Assembly: GCF_006345805.1 (NCBI RefSeq) | Contig: NW_021833505.1 | Span: 1-28,747, forward strand | From: Octopus sinensis | Lineage: Eukaryota | DNA: 28,747 nt | Reading direction: 5' to 3' | In this document: positions 10,270 through 20,231 of the stretch, in pieces | Layout of the letters: each line of letters begins with the position of its first letter | Position numbering within the stretch: the stretch's first letter is position 1 | Position numbers and translations under genes: made by a program | The notes under the pieces: model-generated | Databases searched by the model: none | Seen by the model: the letters and a program-made list of their open reading frames with translations, nothing else | Told to the model about the DNA's origin: nothing

Positions 10270-11250
10270 CACTGATGGAGATCGAAAAAAGGCTGCAACA
10301 ATCCTATGTGGGGAGAAAGCAGACAAGAAGCCTGGCTTATAAAAAACATTAAGTCAACCCAAAGGCCTTTTTTCATTACGTGAAAGAACAACCTCAGAAC
10401 GCTGCAATATAGGACTCCTCTTCCAAAAGGATGGCTCCCTCACAGACAGGCCAACTAGGATCAGTGAGGTACTGAATGACCACTTCAAAAGTGCCTTCAT
10501 CACCCATTGGAACACAGACAAGTGAACGAATCAATGAATTTCTTTGCCAACTCACCTAAACCATTAAGGCAGTTACAATAGAATACACTGACATTAGCAA
10601 AGAAGATATACTATTAGCCATAGATGAAGTGGACACAAATTAAACTGCTGGTCCTGATGGTTTCTCAGCAATCCTCCTCAAAGCATGTAAGCATGCCCTG
10701 GCAAAACCCTTCCAGATTCTCTTCCAGAGCTTTCTTACGAATGGCAAACTGCCAAGCAAGCTGAAGGAGGGAATAATATGCTCAATACATAAAGGGGGAA
10801 GTAGAGCAGATGCCAAAAACTACAGGCCTATCTCTCTGACTTCACACATCAGCAAAGTCAAGGAACAGATAGTCAGAAGGAAACTAATCGCATTCTTTAA
10901 GAAAAAAAACTTGCTGAGTGATACCCAAGATAGCTTTCAACCAGGTAGGAGCTGCCTGACCCAGCTCTTACAACATTATGAGGCAGTTACTCAACAACTC
11001 AAATGTAGATGTAATCTACCTTGATTTGCAAAAAGCTTTTGACAAGGTGGATCATGGTATGATATGCCAAACTGTGTGATCTCGGCATAGCTGGAAAACT
11101 TGGAGAATGGTTACAGGACTTTCTGAAAGATAGGAGTCAGGCAGTTAATGGAGCCACCTCTATGAACAGACAAATAGTGAGCGTGTTCCACAGGGCACTG
11201 TCTTGGGACACTGCTTTTTATAGTGGCCTTCTCATATACTCCCTCAAGTG
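10270..11250 (+). pseudogene. Older, heavily decayed CR1-group LINE RT fragment, homologous to ~5475-6470; mirror ~21130-22125 (-)
   Basis: It aligns by eye to the younger LINE, e.g. ttccaaaaggatggctc, gctggtcctgatggtttc, aactacaggcctatctctctgacttcacacatcagcaaagtc and gttccacagggcactgtcttggg. There are many stops. It ends in a ~24 bp tandem duplication ctcatatactccctcaagtgc. Confidence 0.9.
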
Positions 11251-11489
11251 CTCCCTCATATACTCCCTCAAGTGCCTAAAGCTGGCAACATGATTACGAT
11301 AACGATTCTTAAATGAATCAACCGTCTGCCCAATGTAAACATAGGACCCTCGCCTTCTGTGCCGGTACATTTATATACATGATTTGCACTCATACAGAGG
11401 TTCATCAAAGGACATTTTGATTTATCCCTGCAAGAGCATTTATTTTGTTGTTTGTATATATATATATATATATTATATATATATATATT

Positions 11490-11940
11490 AAGGAATGGAT
11501 AACAAAATATGGTGAAGTCAGAGTCAGTGGGAATTGATCCAAAAGCCATAGAAACTCTTGCATGAGACCGAGTTGAATGGCGAACAAAAATGCAGTGAAA
11601 GTTTTGAAGAACCAGGATGTCCCAATGAAAAGTAAAAAGAAATTCGAATAAAAAATGTTATATCAACGAGAATATGAATCTCAGCAATTTTTTCTGAGCA
11701 AAATCTCTGATATTTCTCTTGCTGGACTCAAATCTCATTTGCGGACCCTTGAACAACGAACCTCCACCAGCCATTCTGTCTATACATCAATGCCGTGTAT
11801 GCTAGAAGGTCTGAAAATCTAAGGGAGGCCTCAAAACACATTTTAAGATCCACAAAGATCAGAACGTAAATGCAGCTCTTGCTGGTTCAAACTGGATATG
11901 CAATTTGGGTGAAAAGCAAAGTTTACAAAGTCACAAACAC
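11490..11940 (+). pseudogene. Decayed RTE-type LINE ORF2 C-terminus with C2H2 zinc finger(s); mirror ~20440-20890 (-)
   Basis: 11530-11583 translates as GIDPKAIETLA*DRVEWR, matching the RTE C-terminal LA.DR..WR motif. 11791-11853 translates as CRVC*KV*KSKGGLKTHFKIH, with exact C-X2-C-X12-H-X3-H spacing. A degenerate finger ...SLAGLKSHLRT lies at ~11715-11748. Confidence 0.7.
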
Positions 11941-11974
11941 ATAAATACATACATACGTATGGATATATAGATAT

Positions 11975-12174
11975 AAGCCTAGTTGTCCGGATTTTGCGTT
12001 CTTGGCCAATCTTTGTATTTTGTTATATATATGTATGTATATATATATGTATGTATGTATATATGTGGGTGTCTCTATATACATATATATATGTATGTGT
12101 ATATATATATATATGGGTGTCTATATACATATATATATGTATGTATATATATGCATATATATATCTATATATAT

Positions 12175-12214
<40 letters not shown>

Positions 12215-12305
12215 GTGTCTATATAATATATGTGTATGAATGTGTGTGTGTAATAGACAGACAGACAGACAGATAAATAAATAGATAGACAGACAGACAG
12301 ACAGA
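11975..12305. repeat. (TA)n/(TG)n/(GACA)n compound microsatellite (mirror ~20080-20420)
   Basis: Direct reading. Confidence 0.95.
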
Positions 12306-12621
12306 TAGGAGCGCTCCGTCGGTTACGATGACGAGGGTACCAGCCGATTCGATCAACGGAACAGCCCGCTCGTGAAATTGACGTGCAAGTGGCTGAGTAA
12401 TCCACAGACATGCCGACCCCAACGTAGTTCTCAGAGAGATTCAGAGTGTGACAAGGCTGGCCCTTTGAAATACAGGTACAACTCATTTTTGCCAGCTGAG
12501 TGGACTGGAGCAACGTGAAATGAAGTGTCTTGCTCAAGGACACAACGCGTCGCCGGGAATCGAACTCACGACCTTACAATGTTGAGTCGAATGCCCCAAC
12601 CACTAAGCCACGCGCCTTCAC
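12305..12621 (-). mobile_element. Full-length tRNA-derived SINE (second family)
   Basis: The sense strand has A box tggcttagtgg, B box gagttcgattcc and a central gtgtccttgagcaagacactt motif, and ends in a (TCTG)n/(TATC)n tail. Confidence 0.85.
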
Positions 12622-12674
12622 TAAATATACACACACACGTGCATACATACGATATATGTATACATATAAACCTT

Positions 12675-12780
12675 TGCTTGAATAGAAGACACTTTTCCAA
12701 GGATAGAGGCAGTGTGATTGAACCCACGATCACATGGCTGGAAAACAAGATTCTTAACCATGCAGCCACGCTAGCGCCTG
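12675..12780 (-). mobile_element. Degenerate tRNA-SINE head; mirror ~19600-19710 (+)
   Basis: The sense strand reads gcgtggctgcatggttaag...gtgggttcaatcacactg...ccttggaaaagtgtcttct, similar to the SINE head at 14807. Confidence 0.6.
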
Positions 12781-12984
12781 TTTTGTATATTCAATATTAA
12801 ATCTTAAAATTTTAAACTTTTTAAGATGTATAAAGAATAGGATTATCCTAGCCGTAAATCGGGATTATCATTTCTCTTAGGACGAAAGGTAAATTCAACG
12901 TTTGAAGGGCAATAACTCTTGTGTTGAGTATGAAGTATTACCTCCCTTTGCGTTGTTAATTAAATTCCTTCGTTGAGACTGAAA

Positions 12985-13185
12985 GAGAAAGAAAGAGAGT
13001 GGGAGTGAGCGACAAAGAGAGAGAGGGAGGAGAAAGAGAGAGAGAGGGAGATGGATATGGACAGAGAGAGAAAAAGCTAGAAGGCAGGAACAGTGAGAGG
13101 AGGAGAGACAGGAGTGAGAGACAGACTGAGACAGATACAGTGAGAGAGAGAGAGAGACAGGGAGAAAAGAGAGAGAGAGAGATTA
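12985..13185. repeat. (GA)n-rich low-complexity tract (mirror (CT)n ~19185-19410)
   Basis: Direct reading. Confidence 0.95.
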
Positions 13186-14199
13186 GCATGTTTGTGTTTT
13201 CATCTTATAGGAATAGCAAGTGAGGGGCAGGTATGGTATTAGTCTTCCGTCGTTGTCGACGATGACCAAATGCATAAGAAGGGTGAAGAAGATGGGTAAA
13301 AGGTGTGTCCGGTTGTTGCCGTCCTGTCCGATGCATTCTCCGCCCCACAGGTCGGCAATGGTTGTCTGCTGGGTCTGAAGGCAAGAAGCTGGCTCTGGAC
13401 CCGCATCATTCAAGCTTTCTTTGCCCTTGTAATCCTTTTCTATGGTGCAAGGTATATCTGGGTCAATTAGTACCTCTGTCAGGGGATATGTAGTACTCCT
13501 TGGAGTAGTCCGTCCGCTTTGGTCCTCCCGTGACTCCCACCTCTCACCTGTGGTTCATCAATGCTATCTGCATGCAACAGTATCCACACCCAGGCTCACG
13601 GCTTCCACAGGCTGGCTAAACCATGGTAAGGGTAGCACACGGCCTTTAACCATTGGTGGACTAGGGCTTGTCTATCTAAGGATGTGAACCGGTTGAGTGT
13701 GCTGAGGAAACCACTAGACAGGCTCAACGGACCCGCAAACTTTGAAAAGTAAAAATTTTGCATTATGTGGCTTGTTATTCTCTTTAAGTGAACATTTTTC
13801 TGGTTGAAATACACCGAAAAATGGCGACACAGAAGTAAAAAAATCGTATAAAAAAATAGGGATTTTCATAGAAAAAAGCACCTTTTTATGTAAATATTTT
13901 TGGTGTTAACATGGTCCGATTTGAATTTTTTCTTTACGGAAGGAAGAGCAAGCCTTCTTCTATATACATACTCTATTTCGGTCAACTTGTGCTGCAGGGT
14001 CTCGGAGGAGATAGTGTTAGTTTAAGGCTACCAAACCTGCAACACACAGACAACTTCAGCTTTATATTTATAGAGATTAATCAAGTTGAGTAAGTTCATT
14101 TCTTGTATTTTAACTGTTTGGGTTAATATTGCACTGTAGCCAGTACTTTGCTCAACAATGGATCCACTTATTTCAGTTAGTGACTGATTTACAGTGCTG

Positions 14200-14525
14200 C
14201 CGCTTTGACTGCTTCTGTGCCGGTGGCACATAAAAGGTACCATCCAAACGTGGCCAATGCCAGCGCTGCCTGACTGGCGTCTGTGCTGGTGGCACGTAAA
14301 AAAGCACCAACCGATCATGGCTGCTTACAGCCTCCCCTGGCCCGTGGCACGTAAAAAGCAACCACTACCACTCATGGAGTGGTTGGCGGTAGGAAGCGCA
14401 TCCAGCTGTAGAACACTGCCAGATCAGACTGGAGTCTGGTGCAGCCTCCATGGCTTCCAAGACCCCGGTCAAACCGTCCAACCCATGCCAGCATGGAAAA
14501 CGGACGTTTAAACGAGGATGATGAT
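14200..14525 (+). mobile_element. 3' end of the (GAT)n-tailed retroposon with three internal ggtggcacgtaaaaagc repeats; mirror ~17855-18175 (-)
   Basis: Same family as 9718-9945. It ends ...gcatggaaaacggacgtttaaacgaggatgatgat. Confidence 0.7.
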
Positions 14526-14624
14526 CCATGAATGTCTTTGAGTCACTTCAGCCACATGAGAAACGCTACATGAAGAACTGTTCTGCTTCTATACAATGCA
14601 CTGTCACCACAAAGGACACACACC

Positions 14625-14772
14625 TTGCTTATGTGTCGGAACCCCTTAATTTATATTGATAGACATGGTAGAATAAGGATTAGGCTTACGAAGATTAAGC
14701 CCTGCTGTCGATTTGTTCTACTGAGGTGGTGCTCCAGCATGGCTACTGTCAAATGGCTGAAACAAATAAAAG
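14625..14772 (+). mobile_element. 3' half of the CR1-tailed SINE (mirror ~17605-17755)
   Basis: It aligns to the 3' half of the 1781-2168 SINE: tagaataag...ggcttac..aga.taag.cc...gtcgatttg...ggtggtgctccagcatggc...gtcaaatggctgaaac. Confidence 0.8.
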
Positions 14773-14806
14773 TATATACATATGTGTGTGTGTGTGTATG
14801 TGTATA

Positions 14807-14960
14807 GGCACAGGAGTGGCTGCGTGGTAAGTAGCTTGTTTACCAACCACATGGTTCCGGGTTCAGTCCTACTGCGTGGCACCTTGGGCAAGTGTCTTCT
14901 ACTCGAGCCAACCAAAACCTTGTGAGTGGATACTGAAAGAAGCCCATCGTGTGTGTATAT
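14807..14960 (+). mobile_element. 5' half of the tRNA-derived SINE, truncated at its internal microsatellite (mirror ~17415-17572)
   Basis: A box tggctgcgtgg, B box ggttcagtcc, central ccttgggcaagtgtcttct. Confidence 0.85.
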
Positions 14961-14990
14961 ATATATATTATATATATATATATATATATA

Positions 14991-16537
14991 TTAAGGTATG
15001 TAAAAAATACAACATGGACAAGAACGTATAACTCATAGAAGACGATACAATAAACATGGACAGGACATTCGAACCCCTCAGTCTTCAGTCAAGAACCGGA
15101 TCATCATAGTAATTTCGGCTGATTATCTTGAGATTACTAGATCACGGCCAGCCCTCCAAGAAAAACTAAGCTGGAAGCGTAGATTTCCTGGAAGAAGGAT
15201 CGAATGCATACGAACACCAGGACAGCAAAAGGGACAGATATAAAAAAAAAAAAACAAAAAAAAAAACATAACGGAATACAGAAACATGAAATACAGAAGC
15301 ATTAACGGTGAAAACAACAAGTGTCTTACGACTGATAACAAGCAAACAAATTTTTTCTCTGGCGCATTGGAAAAAGCCTTTATAGCGGCGGACGAAGAAC
15401 AACGATGTTAACACGACGAGGGTCAGGAGCTGAAAGGCAGATTTCGGCCAACAGTCACGTGACAGAGAAGAGAGAGAGAGAAAAGGGGGACAAAACGCAA
15501 CAAAGAGAGAGGAGAGAAAGAAGGAATCAGAGAGGAGAAGGGATGGGTGTCGAAGAATGACCTGTGAGTGCAGAGCGAGACAAAGAAATAGGAGGGTAGT
15601 GGAAGACTAGACCAAAGGATCAGAGGAAAGAGAAGATGAATAGAGAGAAAGTAAAAATGAGAGAGAGAGAGAGACAAACAGAGAGTCGTACCAATTATTA
15701 AGAATATGTGTTCACATTAATGATAAAGGGGGTACGGGGCGCCTGGAATATATGTTAAGGTATGTAGAAAAATACAACATGGACAAGAACGTATAACTCA
15801 TAGAAGACGATACAATAAACATGGACAGGACATTCGAACCCCTCAGTCTTCAGTCAAGAACCGGATCATCGTAGTAATTTCGGCTGATTAATCTTGAGAT
15901 TACTAGATCACGGCCAGCCCTCCAAGAAAAACTAAGCTGGAAGCGTAGATTTCCTGAAGAAGGATCGAATGCATACGAACACCAGGACAGCAAAAGGGAC
16001 AGATATAAAAAAAAAAAAAAAAAAAACAATAATGGAATACAGAAACATGAAATACAGAAGCATTAACGGTGAAAACAACAAGTGTCTTACGACTGATAAC
16101 AAGCAAACAAATTTTTTCTCTGGCGCATTGGAAAAAGCCTTTATAGCGGCGGACGAAGAACAACGATGTTAACACGACGAGGGTCAGGAGCTGAAAGGCA
16201 GATTTCGGCCAACAGTCACGTGACAGAGAAGGAGAGAGAGAAAAGGGGGACAAAACGCAACAAAGAGAGAGGAGAGAAAGAAGGAATCAGAGAGGAGAAG
16301 GGATGGGTGTCGAAGAATGACCTGTGAGTGCAGAGCGAGACAAAGAAATAGGAGGGTAGTGGAAGACTAGACCAAAGGATCAGAGGAAAGAGAAGATGAA
16401 TAGAGAGAAAGTAAAAATGAGAGAGAGAGAGAGAGACAAACACAGAGTCGTACCAATTATTAAGAATATGTGTTCACATTAATGATAAAGGGGGTACGGG
16501 GCGCCTGGAATATATGTTAAGGTATGTAGAAAAATAC
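14991..16537. repeat. Head-to-tail tandem of a ~763 bp non-coding unit (14991-15754, 15755-16516) plus a 21 bp start of a third unit; present only in the left arm
   Basis: ttaaggtatgta(g)aaaaatac starts at 14991, 15755 and 16517. The units are near-identical and have no counterpart in the right arm. Confidence 0.95.
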
Positions 16538-16618
16538 ATACACCATGATAGATCAGTAGCCGCTACACACATCCTTCATTTTCTCTCCTTGTTTCTTTCT
16601 GTGTCCCTTTCTGTGTCC

Positions 16619-16654
16619 CTTTCTGTAGAAGAGCGTAGGCTCGAAACGTAAAAG
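16619..16654 (+). ncRNA. Minimal hammerhead-like motif with a variant core; mirror 17296-17330 (-)
   Basis: cuuu CUGUAGA a gagc(guag)gcuc GAAA cg U A | aaag. Helix I has 4 bp, helix II has 4 bp and helix III is the palindrome ACGU. The conserved A6 is replaced by U, and the mirror copy lacks one A of GAAA. Confidence 0.5.
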
Positions 16655-16726
16655 ACTTTTTCTATTCCTGAGCGTTATACTAATACACATGCTTGTTTTG
16701 TACACCACTTGTCTTTTGTTTTTAAC

Positions 16727-16986
16727 ATAATTTCTTGGTAACTAAACACTTTTAAGCTTCGTATACTGGTAGAATGTGTTTATAAAACATCTTTTTCTCT
16801 TGGCTTTATTGAGAAAATTCTATAGTTTGTAAGATATTTGGGTCTTTTCGGTTTGAACGGCAGTTTTTAAGAATAATTTCTTGGTAACTAAAAAATTTTA
16901 AACTTCGTATACTTGTAGAATGTGTTTATAAGACATCTTTTTCTATTGGCTTTATTGAGAAAATTCTATAGTTTATAAGATATTTG
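16727..16986. repeat. Direct repeat of ~114 bp (16727-16840, 16873-16986; period 146 bp) in the central spacer
   Basis: ataatttcttggtaactaaa...gagaaaattctatagttt.taagatatttg occurs twice with a few substitutions. Confidence 0.9.
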
Positions 16987-17151
16987 TTGTTTTTTTTTTC
17001 TTCAATTTCTGCAATTTCAACAAATCACTGACGACTATTGAGGTAAAAAACATTCTGTGCCGTATGAATATGTCCCTCGTTTAAGAAACAGATTGGGTTT
17101 ATTTACATTTCTGAAGAAAAAAAGATACCCTGTTGGGGGAACAAGCACAGA

Positions 17152-17208
<57 letters not shown>

Positions 17209-19761
17209 GGGGAGAATTCACACAAAAAAAACAAAAGACAAGTGGTGTACAAAACAAGCATGTGTATTAGTATAACGCTCAGGAATAGAAAAAGTCTTTT
17301 ACGTTCGAGCCTACGCTCTTCTACAGAAAGGGACACAGAAAGGGACACAGAAAGAAACAAGGAGAGAAAATGAAGGATGTGTGTAGCGGCTACTGATCTA
17401 TCATGGTGTATATATATATATATACACACGATGGGCTTCTTTCAGTATCCACTCACAAGGTTTTGGTTGGCTCGAGTAGAAGACACTTGCCCAAGGTGCC
17501 ACGCAGTAGGACTGAACCCGGAACCATGTGGTTGGTAAACAAGCTACTTACCACGCAGCCACTCCTGTGCCTATACACATACACACACACACACATATGT
17601 ATATACTTTATTGTTTCAGCCATTTGACAGTAGCCATGCTGGAGCACCACCTTCAGTAGAACAAATCGACAGCAGGCTTAATCTTCGTAAGCCTAGATCC
17701 TTATTCTACCATTGTCTATCAATATAAATTAAGGGGTTCCGACACATAAGCAAGGTGTGTGTCCTTTGTGGTGACAGTGCATTTGTATAGAAGCAGAACA
17801 GTTCTTCATGTAGCGTTTCTCATGTGGCTGAAGTGACATCAAAGACATTCATGGGATCATCATCCTCGTTTAAAACGTCCGTTTTCCATGCTGGCATGGG
17901 TTGGACGGTTTGACCGGGTCTTGGAAGCCATGGAGGCTGCACCAGACTCCAGTCTGATCTGGCAGTGTTTTACAGCTGGATGCGCTTCCTACCGCAACCA
18001 CTCCATGAGTGTAGGGGGTGCTTTTTACGTGCCACGGGCCAGGGAGGCTGTAAGCAGCCATGATCGTTGGGTGCTTTTTACGTGCCACCAGCACAGACGC
18101 CAGTCAAGCAGCGCTGGCATTGGCCACGTTTGGATGGTACCTTTTATTGTGCCACCGGCAACAGAAGCCATTCAAAGCGGCAGCACTGTAAATCAAGTCA
18201 CTAACTGAAATAAGTGGATCCATTGTTGAGCAAAGTACTGGCTACAGTGCAATATTAACCCAAACAGTTAAAATACTAAGAAATGAACTTACTCAACTTG
18301 ATTAATCTCTATAAATATAAACTGAATTGTCTGTGTGTTGCAGGTTTGTAGCCTTAAACTAACACTATCTCTCTCCGAGACCCTGCGCACAAGTTGACCG
18401 AAATTGAGAGTATGATAAAGAAGGCTTGCTCTTCCTTCCGTAGAAGAAAAAATTCAAATCGGACCATGTTAACACCAAAAATTATTTACATAAAAAAGGT
18501 GCTTTTTTTCTATGAAAATCCCTATTTTTTACGATTTTTTTACTTCTGTGTCGCCATTTTTCGGTGTATTTCAACCAGAAAAATGTTCACTTAAAGAGAA
18601 TAACAAGCTACATAATGCAAAATTTTTACTTTTCAAAGTTTGCGGGTCCGTTGAGCCTGTCTAGTGGTTTCCTCAGCACACTCAACCGTTCACATCCTTA
18701 GATAGACAAGCCCTAGTCCACCAATGGTTAAGGCCGTGTGCTCCCTTACCATGGTTTAGCCAGCCTGTGGAAGCCGCGAGCCTGGGTGTGGGTACTGTTG
18801 CATGCAGATAGCATTGATGAACCACAGGTGAGAGGTTGGAGTCACGGGAGGACCAAAGCGGACGGACTACTCCAAGGAGTACTACATATTCCCCTGACAG
18901 AGGTACTACTTGACCCAGATACACCTTGCACCCTAGAACATAATTTACAAGGGCAAGAAAGCTTGAATGATGCGGGTCCAGAGCCAGCTTCTTGCCTTCA
19001 CCCAGCAGACAACCATGCCCGACCTGTGGGGCGGAGAATGCATCGGACAGGACGGCAACAACCGGACACACCTTTACCCATCTTCTTCACCCTTCTTATG
19101 CATTTGGTCATCGTCGACAACGACGGAAGAACTAATACCTGCCCCTCACTTGCTATTCCTATAAGATGAAAACACAAACATGCTAATCTCTCTCCTCTCT
19201 CTTCTCCTTCCTCTCTCCTCTCTCTCTCTCTCTCTCACGGTATCTGTCTCAGTCTGTCTCTCACTCCTGTCTCTCCTCCTCTCACTGTTCCTGCCTTCTA
19301 GCTTTTTTCTCTCTCTGTCCATATCCCTCCCCTCTCTCTCTCTCTTTCTCCTCCCTCTCTCTCTCTTTGTCTCTCACTCCTCCCACTCTCTTTCTTTCTC
19401 TTTCAGTCTCAACGAAGGAATTTAATTAACAATGCAAAGGGAGGTAATACTTTCATACTCAACACAAGAGTTATTGCCCTCACGTTGAATTTACCTTTCG
19501 TCCTAAGAGAAATGATAATCCCGATTTACGGCTAGGATAATCCTATTCTTTATACATCTAAAAAAGTTTAAATTTTAAGATTTAATATTGAATATACAAC
19601 ACACGCTAGCGTGGCTGCATGGTTAAGAATCTTGTTTTCTCCAGCCATGTGATCGTGGGTTCAATCACACACTGCCTCTATCCTTTGAAAAGTGTCTTCT
19701 ATTCAAGCAAAGGTTTATTTATACATATATCGTATGTAATGCACGTGTTGGTGTATATTTA

Positions 19762-20081
19762 GTGAAGGCGCGTGGCTTAGTGGTTGGGGCATTCGACTCA
19801 ACATTGTAGGGTCGTGAGTTCGATTCCCGCGACGCGTTGTGTCCTTGAGCAAGACACTTCATTTCACGTTGCTGCCTCCAGTCCACTCAGCTGGCAAAAA
19901 TGAGTTGTACCTGTATTTCAAAGGCCAGCCTTGTCACACTCTGAATCTCTCTGAGAACTACGTTTAGGGGTCGGCATGTCTGTGGATTACTCAGCCACTT
20001 GCACGTCAATTTCACGAGCGGGCTGTTCCGTTGATCGAATCGGCTGGTACCTCGTCATCGTAACCGACGGAGCGCTCCTAT
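19762..20081 (+). mobile_element. Full-length tRNA-derived SINE (mirror of 12305-12621)
   Basis: A box at 19773-19783, B box at 19816-19827, central gtgtccttgagcaagacactt motif. Confidence 0.85.
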
Positions 20082-20186
20082 CTGTCTGTCTGTCTGTCTA
20101 TCTATTTATTTATCTGTCTGTCCTGTCTATCTATACACACACACATTCATACACATATATGTATATAGACACCCATAATATATATA

Positions 20187-20231
<45 letters not shown>

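Larger units (their letters stand above)
16538..17411. repeat. Innermost inverted repeat (16538-16723 / 17227-17411, ~186 bp) around a ~500 bp spacer; centre of the giant palindrome
   Basis: atacaccatgatagatcagtagccgctacac...gtcttttgttttt is mirrored, including the internal ctgtgtcccttt duplication. Confidence 0.95.

Noticed and set aside
12540-12621. tRNA-like sequence with A and B boxes (also 14807-14880 and 19762-19830)
   Set aside because: No complete cloverleaf or acceptor stem, and each continues into SINE body sequence. They are SINE heads, not tRNA genes.
12956-13223. Glu/Arg-rich and Leu/Ser-rich ORFs suggesting a charged or membrane protein (also 15423-15677, 16216-16443, 19180-19425)
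   Set aside because: They are translations of (GA)n/(CT)n low-complexity tracts.
14225-14360. Three spaced ggtggcacgtaaaaagc repeats with variable spacers, superficially CRISPR-like
   Set aside because: Eukaryotic context, irregular spacing, no cas genes, and the repeats are internal to a retroposon also seen at 9718-9945.
15060-15145. Hammerhead-like fragments in the 763 bp unit (minus strand CUGAAGA...GAAUGUC and CUCAAGA...GAAAUUAC; plus strand CUGAAGAAGG at ~15954)
   Set aside because: None has helix I, helix II and a UH site together in the right register. At best they are degenerate remnants.
16538-17411. Interpretation as an independent MITE with 186 bp TIRs
   Set aside because: No readable TSD, and the arms are in register with the giant inverted duplication, so they are more simply its innermost part. 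A pre-existing fold-back element is not excluded.
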